Shown in pieces: positions 1-8,408 of a DNA stretch of 64,000 nt. Location: positions 63,633 through 127,632 of the IMG/VR virus record IMGVR_UViG_2693430034_000001; one strand, 5' to 3'. This DNA comes from a virus. Its lineage: Duplodnaviria; Caudoviricetes. Made by a program: the position numbers and the translations under genes. Within the stretch, counting starts at the first letter, position 1. Each line of letters starts with the position of its first letter. The notes beneath the pieces were generated by a model. It was not told the origin of the DNA and searched no databases. It saw nothing but the letters and a program-made list of their open reading frames with translations.

Positions 1-4
1 CTGG

Positions 5-373
5 TTGAGATGGGGCGTCGAGACGGTCCTCAAGACGTTTCGCGACTCCGAGGCCGCCGGGTATCGCTCGCGCGATCGGCAGTATGCCATCGAGATCCTC
101 GCCAAGGCCGAGGAGCAGGCTGGCGCCCCGGGCGCGCTGCAGGGCCGCGACGACACCCTGCGAGGGCTTGCGGCATTCTTCAGCGAGTCGCCGCATACGG
201 TCTGGTCGAACGACGAGATTGCCGACTGCCTGACCAGCATGATCACCCCGCCCGCGGACGAACCGGTCAAGGTCACGCCGAGCTGCGGCTGCATCTTCTG
301 CGACTTGGACCTGGAGGCCGTCGATGGCATTCACGACGGACCGGCCGGCGAGAGAATTGAATGTAGCGCGTAG
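5..373 (+). CDS. hypothetical phage protein (probably 5'-truncated by window edge)
   Basis: 122-aa ORF with phage-like codon use and a C-terminal CGCIFC motif. The stop codon lies inside repeat copy 1. Confidence 0.6.
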   Translation: MRWGVETVLKTFRDSEAAGYRSRDRQYAIEILAKAEEQAGAPGALQGRDDTLRGLAAFFSESPHTVWSNDEIADCLTSMITPPADEPVKVTPSCGCIFCDLDLEAVDGIHDGPAGERIECSA

Positions 374-578
374 CGCTCGCTACCGGCGGCGGCATCGAGG
401 GGGGCGGTCGGCAGACCGGCGGTCGTAATAGCGGACCGTGACAGGGGCACTCGCTTTCGAACCCTGCCTCCCTCCATGCTGCCGTGATCTTGAAAGAAGC
501 GCGTAGCGCTCGCTACCTACGGTTATGGTCGACAACTTGTTCGCCGCGTTGTATCTAATCTAAAACTGGGGGTGAACG

Positions 579-1076
579 ATGAGACGATCCGGAGTTGCGA
601 TTATTGCTTGCCTGATGCTGATCCATCCGGCCGCCGCGCAACAGGCGACCAAGTTCAAAGGGTTCTTCATCGGCATGAGCAAGAAGGATGCGATCAGCCT
701 CATGCCCCAAGGCTATCGCCTGAAGCAGGGACCGGCAGCCATCGGATTCGTTCCTCCAAACGCCATGATGGATCTGGCAAGCGCGATGTTCGACCTGGAT
801 CCGGACGGCACGGTAACGCAGATCTATCTGAACAAGAGCATCTTTGGTGCTGAAGAGATGCCGGGCGACCAGTTCATGAAGGCCATCGTCTCGAACTATG
901 GGGTGGGAGAAGTGTCGTGCGAGACGAAGCACACCGAGTACGAGCGGCTCAACGGTGTGCCCAAATACATCACCTCAACCGAATGCACCGGCTATTCCAA
1001 GAACGGTGAGCTGGTCCAGCTGACCGAGTCCAGGATCAAGGTAACGAAGCCGCGTCAGAAGCCTTCGTTCAATTGA
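579..1076 (+). CDS. secreted/periplasmic hypothetical protein
   Basis: N-terminal signal peptide (MRRSGVAIIACLMLIHPAAA), RBS-like GGGGG upstream, lies between repeat copies 2 and 3. Confidence 0.75.
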   Translation: MRRSGVAIIACLMLIHPAAAQQATKFKGFFIGMSKKDAISLMPQGYRLKQGPAAIGFVPPNAMMDLASAMFDLDPDGTVTQIYLNKSIFGAEEMPGDQFMKAIVSNYGVGEVSCETKHTEYERLNGVPKYITSTECTGYSKNGELVQLTESRIKVTKPRQKPSFN

Positions 1077-1124
1077 GCCGGTCACGCGCGGCGCCGATCG
1101 ATATCCTTCAGCGCGGAGCGCTCG

Positions 1125-1328
1125 CTACCCATGCCCGTCTCGGCGTTCCTCGTCGCGGCGCGCGAGCCAGGACAAGCTGTCCGCGAGGTCGTCCGCATCT
1201 TCTGCGCTGAGCCCGGTGAGGGTAACGGTGTCTTGGCACGCCACCAGGCCGGTCAGCACGTCGATGACTGACCAGCCGAATGTGTCCCGGCGAATGGTAT
1301 AGCGGGCGTACTTGGGCTTATGCGCCAT
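1125..1328 (-). CDS. small hypothetical protein
   Basis: 67-aa ORF (RYTIRRDTFGWSVIDV...DADDLADSL) between repeat copies 3 and 4. Its stop codon is supplied by the repeat. Confidence 0.6.
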   Translation of the reverse strand: MAHKPKYARYTIRRDTFGWSVIDVLTGLVACQDTVTLTGLSAEDADDLADSLSWLARRDEERRDGHG

Positions 1329-1712
1329 CGCGTCATTCTACACTAGCGCGGAGCGCTCGCCACACTCGGCCTCGACCTCATCCGGTAAATGGCCTTTTAG
1401 GCGCGGCGCCGCTCGGGATGACCTCCCGAATGGGGTGGGGTCTTTTCGAAGGCCACCCCCGTTTGCATTTTCCAGGGCTTAGGAAGGCCATGGAGAGGCT
1501 TGCCGACCAGCCGGTACTGACCCAGCGGCCAGGGTGTTTTGGAGGGCCGCCCGTGCTCCGCTGCTCCTGGAGGGTGACATCCAGTGATGGTCCTAAGGGG
1601 TTGGCGGAAAAGGGCCTTTTAGGGGTTCGAAGTTTGGATGAGCTGGCCGACCCAGTACCCATGTCAAGAAAAAAAATATTCTCCCAAAATTGAAACTTTG
1701 AAATGATATTCT

Positions 1713-1763
1713 TTGCTCGAATGCAAATTTTCGTTTGCATTCCTCATTGGCTTTCGGCATATT
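1713..1763 (+). promoter_or_regulatory. sigma70-like promoter overlapped by operator motif and inverted repeat
   Basis: TTGCAT (1735-1740), 17-bp spacer, CATATT (1758-1763). Motif TTGCTCGAATGCAAA at 1713-1727. GAATGCAAA/TTTGCATTC inverted repeat. Confidence 0.55.
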
Positions 1764-1769
1764 CAATCC

Positions 1770-2620
1770 ATCGAAACGACGTTGTTTCGGTCAAGTTGCA
1801 AAGCGGTCGGTTCCCTCTTGAACCTTCTGACTCTGCCCGGCGATGTGATGCCGAGTAGTTTGGACCTTTGAAACTTGCACATAGCAATTGCGGACCTTGT
1901 AGCGGTAGCAAGCAAATGCGTTCTAGGGCCTTGGGCCGATGCCGGACGGCGGAACGTGTAAGCAAGTGAGCGAAGGGGAAAAGCGGCGAACGTGTCATGT
2001 AGCAACCGGGCAACCGGCCAAGCCTTGATACCAAGCCAGCGGATTGCAGCCCTTCAATGGGCGGATGTGCAAGGGGATAGGTTACAGGCTTTCACCTAGA
2101 CGGTTGACGAAACCGGAAAATAGCATCGGAGAGTCCTATTCAGTTAGGTATACCGTTGCCTGCTAGATCGGAAATTATGCATTCGACCCTGTACGGAGTC
2201 GCGTGGCATTCCTTAAACTGCTTTGACCGGCTGGTTTAGGGAACGTTCACGCAATAGACTTTCCAGACGCTAACACGCGCGGGTTACCCTAGCGGTAACC
2301 TTGTGGCCTCCGAATGCATGGTTCAACCGGCTATCGTTTCCCGCTCTATTCGGCAATGGCATGCTTTGAGCGGTGCGATAGCGGCGGACAAACCAAGCCA
2401 GACAATAGCGCAATGATATAGGCGGAACGGCGGAACGCGGGCGATTTATCGCGGCGTTTTCTGTTTCGTCCGGACCATTGCGAACTAGGCCCGGCAAAGT
2501 CCCGTCTTAGCAAAATTTCAACGTCAAACACCAAGCGACTCCGAGTGCATTTCAACGTGCGCTCGGAGTCTGCCTGCTATCCGGCAAGCGCATTCGACTT
2601 GCCCTTACCCGATAGCAGCA
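1770..2620 (+). ncRNA. candidate large structured non-coding RNA (~850 nt)
   Basis: No credible ORF. More than 10 helices including long-range pairings, many G-U pairs consistent with a + strand RNA, a GNRA loop and an upstream promoter. Confidence 0.65.
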
Positions 2621-2665
2621 CAGCATGACTATCGATCACCCCCACTCCCAATGGAGACTCGAACT

Positions 2666-3271
2666 ATGTCTGTCACCAACACTGTCAAGACTACCGCTCC
2701 CGCCGTCATCAAGCTCATTGAAGGCGAGAAGGCGATTACCAAGGCCCTTGAGTCAATCAAGGCCCGCGGTGCATCGCTCCAGCGCGATATCCACACCGCG
2801 GCGTGCTCCGTGCTGTCGCATGTCGGCAAGCATAAGGACGTCCGGCTTGTGACCAAGCTGCTCGAGTCCATGCCTGACATGTCGCGCAAGAATGCGCTCA
2901 AGGCGTGGTTCGAACACCACGGCCCGGTCGCCTTCTCCGAGAAGGGCGAAATCAAGTATGCGCCCGAAAACCGGATGCTGCTCGGCAACGCTATGGCCAA
3001 GCCGTTCTGGGCCTTCAAGCCGGAGGCCGCCTATGTCCCGATGGACGTGTCCGCCAGCTTCGACTCCTTCATCAAAAAGCTGGAGAAGGATCACAAGGAA
3101 ACCGGCCGCGACCATACCGCGCTGGTGTCCCAGCTCCTGAAGCTGCGCCCGGATACCGACGAAACCGCCAAGCGCGACAGCCAGAACGAAAAGGTCGCCA
3201 AGGCACCCAAGGCGCCCAAGGTCACCGCCCCGGCGCCCGTGGAAGCTCCGAAGGTCGCCGTCGCCGCCTAA
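2666..3271 (+). CDS. conserved early phage protein
   Basis: GGAG RBS and strong codon bias. Resembles early phage proteins of the ..RGAxLxxDIHxAA..SRKNALxAWF type. Ends in VAVAA. Confidence 0.85.
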   Translation: MSVTNTVKTTAPAVIKLIEGEKAITKALESIKARGASLQRDIHTAACSVLSHVGKHKDVRLVTKLLESMPDMSRKNALKAWFEHHGPVAFSEKGEIKYAPENRMLLGNAMAKPFWAFKPEAAYVPMDVSASFDSFIKKLEKDHKETGRDHTALVSQLLKLRPDTDETAKRDSQNEKVAKAPKAPKVTAPAPVEAPKVAVAA

Positions 3272-3274
3272 CGG

Positions 3275-3323
3275 ACGGTTTGCGCCCTCTCCCGATCGCA
3301 AGGTCGGGGGAGTGGCAAGCCGT
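3275..3323 (+). other. long intergenic hairpin with GCAA tetraloop (possible RNase III/processing site)
   Basis: ACGGTTTGC..CTCTCCCGATC-GCAA-GGTCGGGGGAG..GCAAGCCGT, with no U-tract. Confidence 0.5.
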
Positions 3324-3367
3324 ACCCTTCAAACGAGACCGACTCTCCCAACGCCAGAGGTGCGCCC

Positions 3368-3787
3368 ATGCGTGTCTACCTGCAAACCCAGAATGCCCAT
3401 GGCTCTTGGGTGACCCTGCTCGACGGGTCTGCCCTGTGTGCCCGCCCCGCCCGTGGTCTGCGCGGCAAGTCCCACCTGGCCAACCGTACCCCCAAGGCAT
3501 CGGGTGGCAATCGCGTCGAGTATGAGCTGACCCTTGCCCTGTTCGACCACCTCGAAGCGTCGCCCGCGAACGCCCGGCTGATTGATTGCGACACCAGCCG
3601 CGTCGTCGCCAGCAAGATGACCGTCGATCGCGACCGTCACCGCTTCAAGTATCCGGCCACGCCAGAGATCCGCCGCGCGCCCCGTCCCGTGGTCCGTAAG
3701 TGCGACGTCGGCATCATGCCCCGCATCGCCAAGTGGAAGCGCACCGGCCATCTCCAGAGCTGGTACGCCGGCATCGTGATGCGCTGA
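3368..3787 (+). CDS. hypothetical protein
   Basis: ORF with GAGG RBS. Confidence 0.7.
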   Translation: MRVYLQTQNAHGSWVTLLDGSALCARPARGLRGKSHLANRTPKASGGNRVEYELTLALFDHLEASPANARLIDCDTSRVVASKMTVDRDRHRFKYPATPEIRRAPRPVVRKCDVGIMPRIAKWKRTGHLQSWYAGIVMR

Positions 3788-3877
3788 TGTCCCGCTGCCC
3801 GATATCCCGTCGCGACTGGCTCGCCCTGATCGCGATCCTCGAACCAATCCCCTCAACCACCGCCCAAGGTGCGCCCC

Positions 3878-4078
3878 ATGGTGACCATCCGAGAAGCCCG
3901 TCAGCGTCTGTTGGTGTCAGGCATGCGTCTGTCCCGCCGCGATGCCGAGTTCCGCGTGGCCTTCGCCGAGTTGCCGTACCCAAAGGCTGAGAAGTCCGCC
4001 TACTACACCGACGATATCGAGGACGCCATGCTTACCGGAGCCATGATGCGCCGGAAGTGTGTCCGGCCGCTTGCTTGA
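3878..4078 (+). CDS. hypothetical protein
   Basis: Small ORF with AAGG RBS and an EFRV...YYTDDIEDA motif. Confidence 0.65.
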   Translation: MVTIREARQRLLVSGMRLSRRDAEFRVAFAELPYPKAEKSAYYTDDIEDAMLTGAMMRRKCVRPLA

Positions 4079-4108
4079 ATGCCAACGTTTGCTCTGGAGT
4101 TGCGTACC

Positions 4109-4231
4109 ATGCCCATGACCATCTTCGAAATCTGCGTCGCTGGCTTTTTCCTCACCGTGATGGCGCTTGCCGGCGACCATCTGGGGCGCGTCCATGCAGG
4201 CGTGGCACCCCTGATGCACTACATCTGGTAA
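4109..4231 (+). CDS. small membrane protein (40 aa)
   Basis: Translated by eye as MPMTIFEICVAGFFLTVMALAG..., with a GGAG RBS downstream of an operator copy. Confidence 0.45.
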   Translation: MPMTIFEICVAGFFLTVMALAGDHLGRVHAGVAPLMHYIW

Positions 4232-5170
4232 TTCAGAGCCCAAAATCGGGTCTAGACCCGTGTTTTTGAACACCAAAGTACCGTTTTAGCCTCCGTAGGC
4301 CCCACATCTAGTGTTTTTGGGGTCTAACTGGCGCAATTAATTGCCCGCCTTTTATGGGAAGCGAAAGATCGACTCGACGGACTTCTGGCCTTTTGAGTTA
4401 CATCTGACCCGTAGTTCGCCTGTATGCGTCAGATCTGGTGCATTGATAGGTGCCGTTTGCATCTGGTCACAGACCACGCCAGCTGACCGGCTTGTCTCTC
4501 CTGTCCTTACTGCTCCTCCTCTCGTATCTCAGTCTTGAGGTGGTGCATGTTCGGCGGCCGGCGATTCCGGGGCGGCTGCGTTTCGTCTGGTTTTCATGGG
4601 GTTTTCGATCTCATGGGCGCCGGCTGATGCCGCTGCTACCCTGACCGGCTGAGCTGATCCGGAACCGTGTCCGGGTGTCTCCAACCAGTCCCGACCAGTG
4701 CCTTCTGCTGGTCGATGCTGCCCTAGTCCTGGCTCTGTCCGCTCCCCCTGTCTTGATGACCATGGGGGTGGTGTGCCTGGTCCGGGCGGCCTCCGAAAAA
4801 TCCCCTCGGCCGGTCCGATAATTCGTCGGCGGCCCATTTTCCGGGGAATTAATTTCGAATTTCGGAGGGCTGATCGAGGCCCTTCCGACCCCCGATTTAT
4901 CTCACACGAACGTGGCGATGTTAGGGCCAATTTGCTCTTGCATTTCCGCTTGCAGTGATGCAAATAGCGAAAACAAACGAGGCAATCGACGATGAATATG
5001 CGCCCCACCCTGACCGTTGTGATGCTCGACGGCACCGTTGAGAGAGTCCGCATGCGGTCCCTCCGGATCGCCCGACACGCCGCTTTCCTCATGAACGAAG
5101 GCGGGCGCTACCGCGCCGCGTTTGCCCGAATGATGCCGGTGGTCCCTCTCGGCTGGCAGGCGGTCTGACC

Positions 5171-5557
5171 ATGACAACCGTGTTTCAGGCGCTGACCGTC
5201 ACCCGCGAATTGATCGCCGATCCGGCACGCTGGACCAAGGGCTACTTCGCCCGGGACACCGCCGGCTCCGAGGTCTACCCGACCGAGTCCAACGCCGTCT
5301 GCTGGTGCGCCGATGGCGCGCTGGCAAAGAGTGCCGATGTGACAATCGACGCCGAGAGCGGCGAGTGGAGCTGGGACACTGCCGGCGTCTATGAGGCCGC
5401 GTCCAAGCTGCTGCGATCGGTCACCAAGGAGCTGACCGGCCAGACCAGCTATTCGCGTGTCAACGATGGCAACGTCGAGATCGAGGACAAGAGCCCGCAT
5501 GAGGCGATCCTGTTCGTGCTCGATACCGCCCTTGAACGCTTTGAGAAGGAATCCTGA
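5171..5557 (+). CDS. DUF6197-like phage protein (paralog 1)
   Basis: LIADPARWTKG...CWCADGAL...ND..HE motif. Confidence 0.7.
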   Translation: MTTVFQALTVTRELIADPARWTKGYFARDTAGSEVYPTESNAVCWCADGALAKSADVTIDAESGEWSWDTAGVYEAASKLLRSVTKELTGQTSYSRVNDGNVEIEDKSPHEAILFVLDTALERFEKES

Positions 5558-5560
5558 CCC

Positions 5561-5743
5561 ATGGCCCGACGTACCAAGCAGAGCAAGGTCGACGCCGCCC
5601 GCATCCAGCGCGCGGTGACCGGGATACTGATCCCGATGACGTCCATCACCCGCGTCTATGCCCACGCCGAAAAGCTGATCGCCGAGGGCGCCGACGACGA
5701 CCACCTCGCGAACGGCATTCGCGTTTTCTTAGGAGGCCTGTGA
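5561..5743 (+). CDS. hypothetical protein
   Basis: In operon, AAGGA RBS. Confidence 0.65.
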   Translation: MARRTKQSKVDAARIQRAVTGILIPMTSITRVYAHAEKLIAEGADDDHLANGIRVFLGGL

Positions 5744-6015
5744 TGCTGCCGGCATCCCCTCACCCGTTCGACCCGATGCAGGCTGATCCGGCCATCGTCG
5801 AGTCCCAGGACAACGCGGTCCGCACGACCCGCACGTTCTGCGAACGTGGTCTGGATGCGTTCGAGTTCCGCTGCTCCGAGAGTAACCGACACTACGTCGT
5901 CACCCGGACCGGCGAGGCCGCGCGCTGCTTCGAGTTCGACCAGCTCGTCGCCTTCACCTCGTCCCGCATGATCCAGGCGCTCAACAAGCCTTGGTCGCTA
6001 CCCGGACGGGCCTGA
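5740..6015 (+). CDS. hypothetical protein
   Basis: Overlapping start/stop, GGAGG RBS. Confidence 0.65.
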   Translation: MMLPASPHPFDPMQADPAIVESQDNAVRTTRTFCERGLDAFEFRCSESNRHYVVTRTGEAARCFEFDQLVAFTSSRMIQALNKPWSLPGRA

Positions 6016-6220
6016 TGATCCTGACCGCAAAGACCGAAGGCGCATTCTGTGTCGCCGCCAATCTGCCCTGCTCGCTGCCCTTGGGCGGCTGGCGGGTCGA
6101 TGTCGATCCCGACATGGCACATGCCCTCGATCCCGAGGACTACTTCGAGACCAGCAGGATGACGGCACGCAATACGCCGCACCCGCTTTCACCCACACCC
6201 CATCCCTCATGGAGCGAGAT

Positions 6221-6466
6221 ATGACCGCCCACAAGCGCATCAAGGTGACGGACGATCTGGGCAATGTCGCCTACATCCATCGCAACCAGCTTGGCTGGAC
6301 CTGCACGCTCGCCAACGGCATTCCGGCCAGCTTCTTCTACGCAGTCGGAAATGTCGACGAGACGGCATTTCGATTTCATCTTGAAGATGCTGCTGATGAT
6401 GATGCCCGACTGAACGTCGTCAAGGATCACGCTGGACCTCGCCGAAAGGTGGAGTTCTTCAGCTAA
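6221..6466 (+). CDS. hypothetical protein
   Basis: ORF in operon with GGAG RBS. Confidence 0.6.
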   Translation: MTAHKRIKVTDDLGNVAYIHRNQLGWTCTLANGIPASFFYAVGNVDETAFRFHLEDAADDDARLNVVKDHAGPRRKVEFFS

Positions 6467-6844
6467 CGAGGCCCCGAGGTGTGCAGTAAAGCGGTCTGCA
6501 CACATAGGCAGGGGAAATCCGCAGCGGTCAAAAACTAGGGTCTAGGAGACATGGCGTCCCGCACGCCAGCCGAGGATGACCCGCCATACAGAGAGCAAGA
6601 CGTTCGCGATCCCGGAGAAATGGGTAGCGTATTCATTGGTTGCTGCGACCCAAACGCAGTGGCGAGGCCGGCGCTATCCGGCCATTCAATTCGAGGCATT
6701 GATGCAGAACAAGTTTTTGGCTGCCGCCATCTGGATCGGTCTGGCGCTCTGGTCGTCGAGCGACAACACGGGTGTGATCTTCCTGATTTCCTACTCGTGT
6801 CTGCTGATCGGATACAAGTTCGGCAAGGCCAACGCTGACTAGCT

Positions 6845-6912
6845 TTCGTCCCCCGCCGTGTAGCGCCTGCCTTGCGTGATACGGCACGCCGCACATGCGG
6901 ACACGGTGGGGG
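6845..6912 (+). ncRNA. structured RNA motif, copy 1
   Basis: Closing stem CCCCCGCCGTG/CACGGTGGGGG enclosing GCGTG-ATACGG-CACGC and CGCA-CA-TGCG hairpins. Confidence 0.6.
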
Positions 6913-7064
6913 TCGTCACTAAATTCAACTGCCACGGAGAAAGACAATGAAGTAAGCGACCCCGCCTAGATGACACAGCACGGACGACCTTTATGACCGG
7001 AGCAGCCGGGAGCGACCGGACCCAATGCACGACCAGCGGCGTGCCAACCAATCCGCTGGAGCTA

Positions 7065-7137
7065 TTCGTCCCTCACCGTGACTGCCTGCCTTGCGTCATA
7101 CGGGACGCCGCATTTGCGGACACGGTGAGGGATTGAA
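7065..7137 (+). ncRNA. structured RNA motif, copy 2
   Basis: Closing stem CCCTCACCGTG/CACGGTGAGGG enclosing GCGTC-ATACGG-GACGC and CGCA-TT-TGCG. Compensatory changes relative to copy 1. Confidence 0.6.
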
Positions 7138-7352
7138 CGAAATGGGAGGGCGGCAGGCCGCCCACAAAAGCGAGAGGCTGATCCCGGCTCGCGCCCTGCT
7201 GCTTCCCCGAAGGAAGTAGTCGTCGGTTGGAGGCAGACCTGCCGTCAGATACCCCAAGCTCTGATGGTGGTGGAGAGAGAACCTCGCGAACCGACTGCAA
7301 TTTACGCCAGAGGTGCGCCTTGTGGCTTGTTTGAATGCGAATGAGGAATGAG

Positions 7353-7751
7353 ATGACCGACAGATCGACCATCCACGCCATCCTCGTGGCGGCGCGCAAG
7401 CGCATCGAGAACCCTGCCAATTGGTGTCAGGAGTGGCACTTCCTTTTCACGGACGGCACTCCCTGGCTCTGGTCCTCCGTGATCACAGAGTCTGGATACC
7501 TGCTTCCTGGCCCGGAACAGTTGGCCTACGTCCGAACCAATGTCGCCCGATGCTGCGCTGACGGCGCGATCCTGCTGGAAGTTTTGAACGATCAATCGCA
7601 GGCCTACATCGAGGCTGAGGACATCATGCGTACCGAGGCCCAGCGCCTCTACGGCATGACCTATTCCAAGGTCAACGACAGCGAGGACGGTCACGCCAAG
7701 GTGCTGAAGGTGTTCGACGCGGCAATCGCCTGGGCATCGGAAGCAGAATGA
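7353..7751 (+). CDS. DUF6197-like phage protein (paralog 2)
   Basis: RIENPANWCQ...CCADGAI...YSKVND..GHAKVL motif shared with the 5171 ORF. Confidence 0.7.
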   Translation: MTDRSTIHAILVAARKRIENPANWCQEWHFLFTDGTPWLWSSVITESGYLLPGPEQLAYVRTNVARCCADGAILLEVLNDQSQAYIEAEDIMRTEAQRLYGMTYSKVNDSEDGHAKVLKVFDAAIAWASEAE

Positions 7752-7926
7752 ACCCCTTCGAATTTTACGACGCCGGTTACCTCGCCGGCCTCGAAGGCGA
7801 TGACGCATGCCCGCATCTCGCCTTCACCCTTCCCTGGCTCTGGTGGCGCACCGGCAACTTCGTCGGTCATCACACCATGTGCTCGCAACTGGAAGCCATC
7901 GCGCTCCTATTCGAACAGGACTGAGC

Positions 7927-8157
7927 ATGACCAAGCGCAAGAACCAGCCCGAGACGAATGTCGAGTTCGTCACCCGCCTCATCGAGTTCAGCAACTACGG
8001 ACCGTTGGCGCAGCTCTTCATCCTCGAAGCCATCCGCAACTGGGCAGACCTCGTCGCCAAAACCGAACCGGCAAAGGTCGATACGCCAATGATCAGCGGC
8101 CATGCCTGGGTCGGCGTTGCCCGCGAGATCAAGGCAAAGATTGAGGAGCGTCAATGA
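7927..8157 (+). CDS. hypothetical protein
   Basis: ORF with AGGA RBS in operon. Confidence 0.65.
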   Translation: MTKRKNQPETNVEFVTRLIEFSNYGPLAQLFILEAIRNWADLVAKTEPAKVDTPMISGHAWVGVAREIKAKIEERQ

Positions 8158-8408
8158 GGCAGTTGATCCACGATCCTCGCGATGCCTGCAAGTGCTCCTA
8201 CTGCGGCATCAAGGAAGACATTCACCTGCTCGACGGTGTGCTCGACAAGCATGGCAACGACACCGGCAAGCTCGGATGCATCAAGTGCTACCCGACCGAA
8301 GGATGGTGCTGCGGTAGTCCCGAGATGATCGAGATGAGCATCGCCCCTTCCCTCCGCCCTTTCTACGACCAATACGCCGCAAGCGAACAATGGAACATGC
8401 GCCGATGA
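8154..8408 (+). CDS. Cys-rich hypothetical protein
   Basis: Two CxxC pairs and an ATGA overlap. Confidence 0.65.
   Translation: MRQLIHDPRDACKCSYCGIKEDIHLLDGVLDKHGNDTGKLGCIKCYPTEGWCCGSPEMIEMSIAPSLRPFYDQYAASEQWNMRR

Larger units (their letters stand above)
365..1363 (+). repeat. four copies of a 19-20 bp hairpin repeat AGCGCG(T/G)AGCGCTCGC(T/C)AC
   Basis: Copies read directly at 365-384, 498-517, 1110-1129 and 1345-1363. Confidence 0.9.

Noticed and set aside
365-1363. CRISPR array interpretation of the 20-bp repeats
   Set aside because: Spacing is irregular (113-592 bp), the intervals contain genes, and no cas genes are present.
1370-1700. Possible genome terminus or packaging site (G-runs, A-tract, non-coding)
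   Set aside because: The position before the first early promoter is suggestive, but no diagnostic cos, pac or terminal-repeat sequence is visible without read data.
1770-2620. Identification of the long RNA as RNase P, tmRNA or a group II intron
   Set aside because: I could not find the RNase P GAGGAAAGUCC motif, tRNA-like tmRNA ends or a group II domain V, and the region does not interrupt a gene.
6947-6955. Minigene ATG-AAG-TAA with a good RBS between the two RNA motifs
   Set aside because: It could be an extra-A error in a longer ORF and cannot be resolved without reads.
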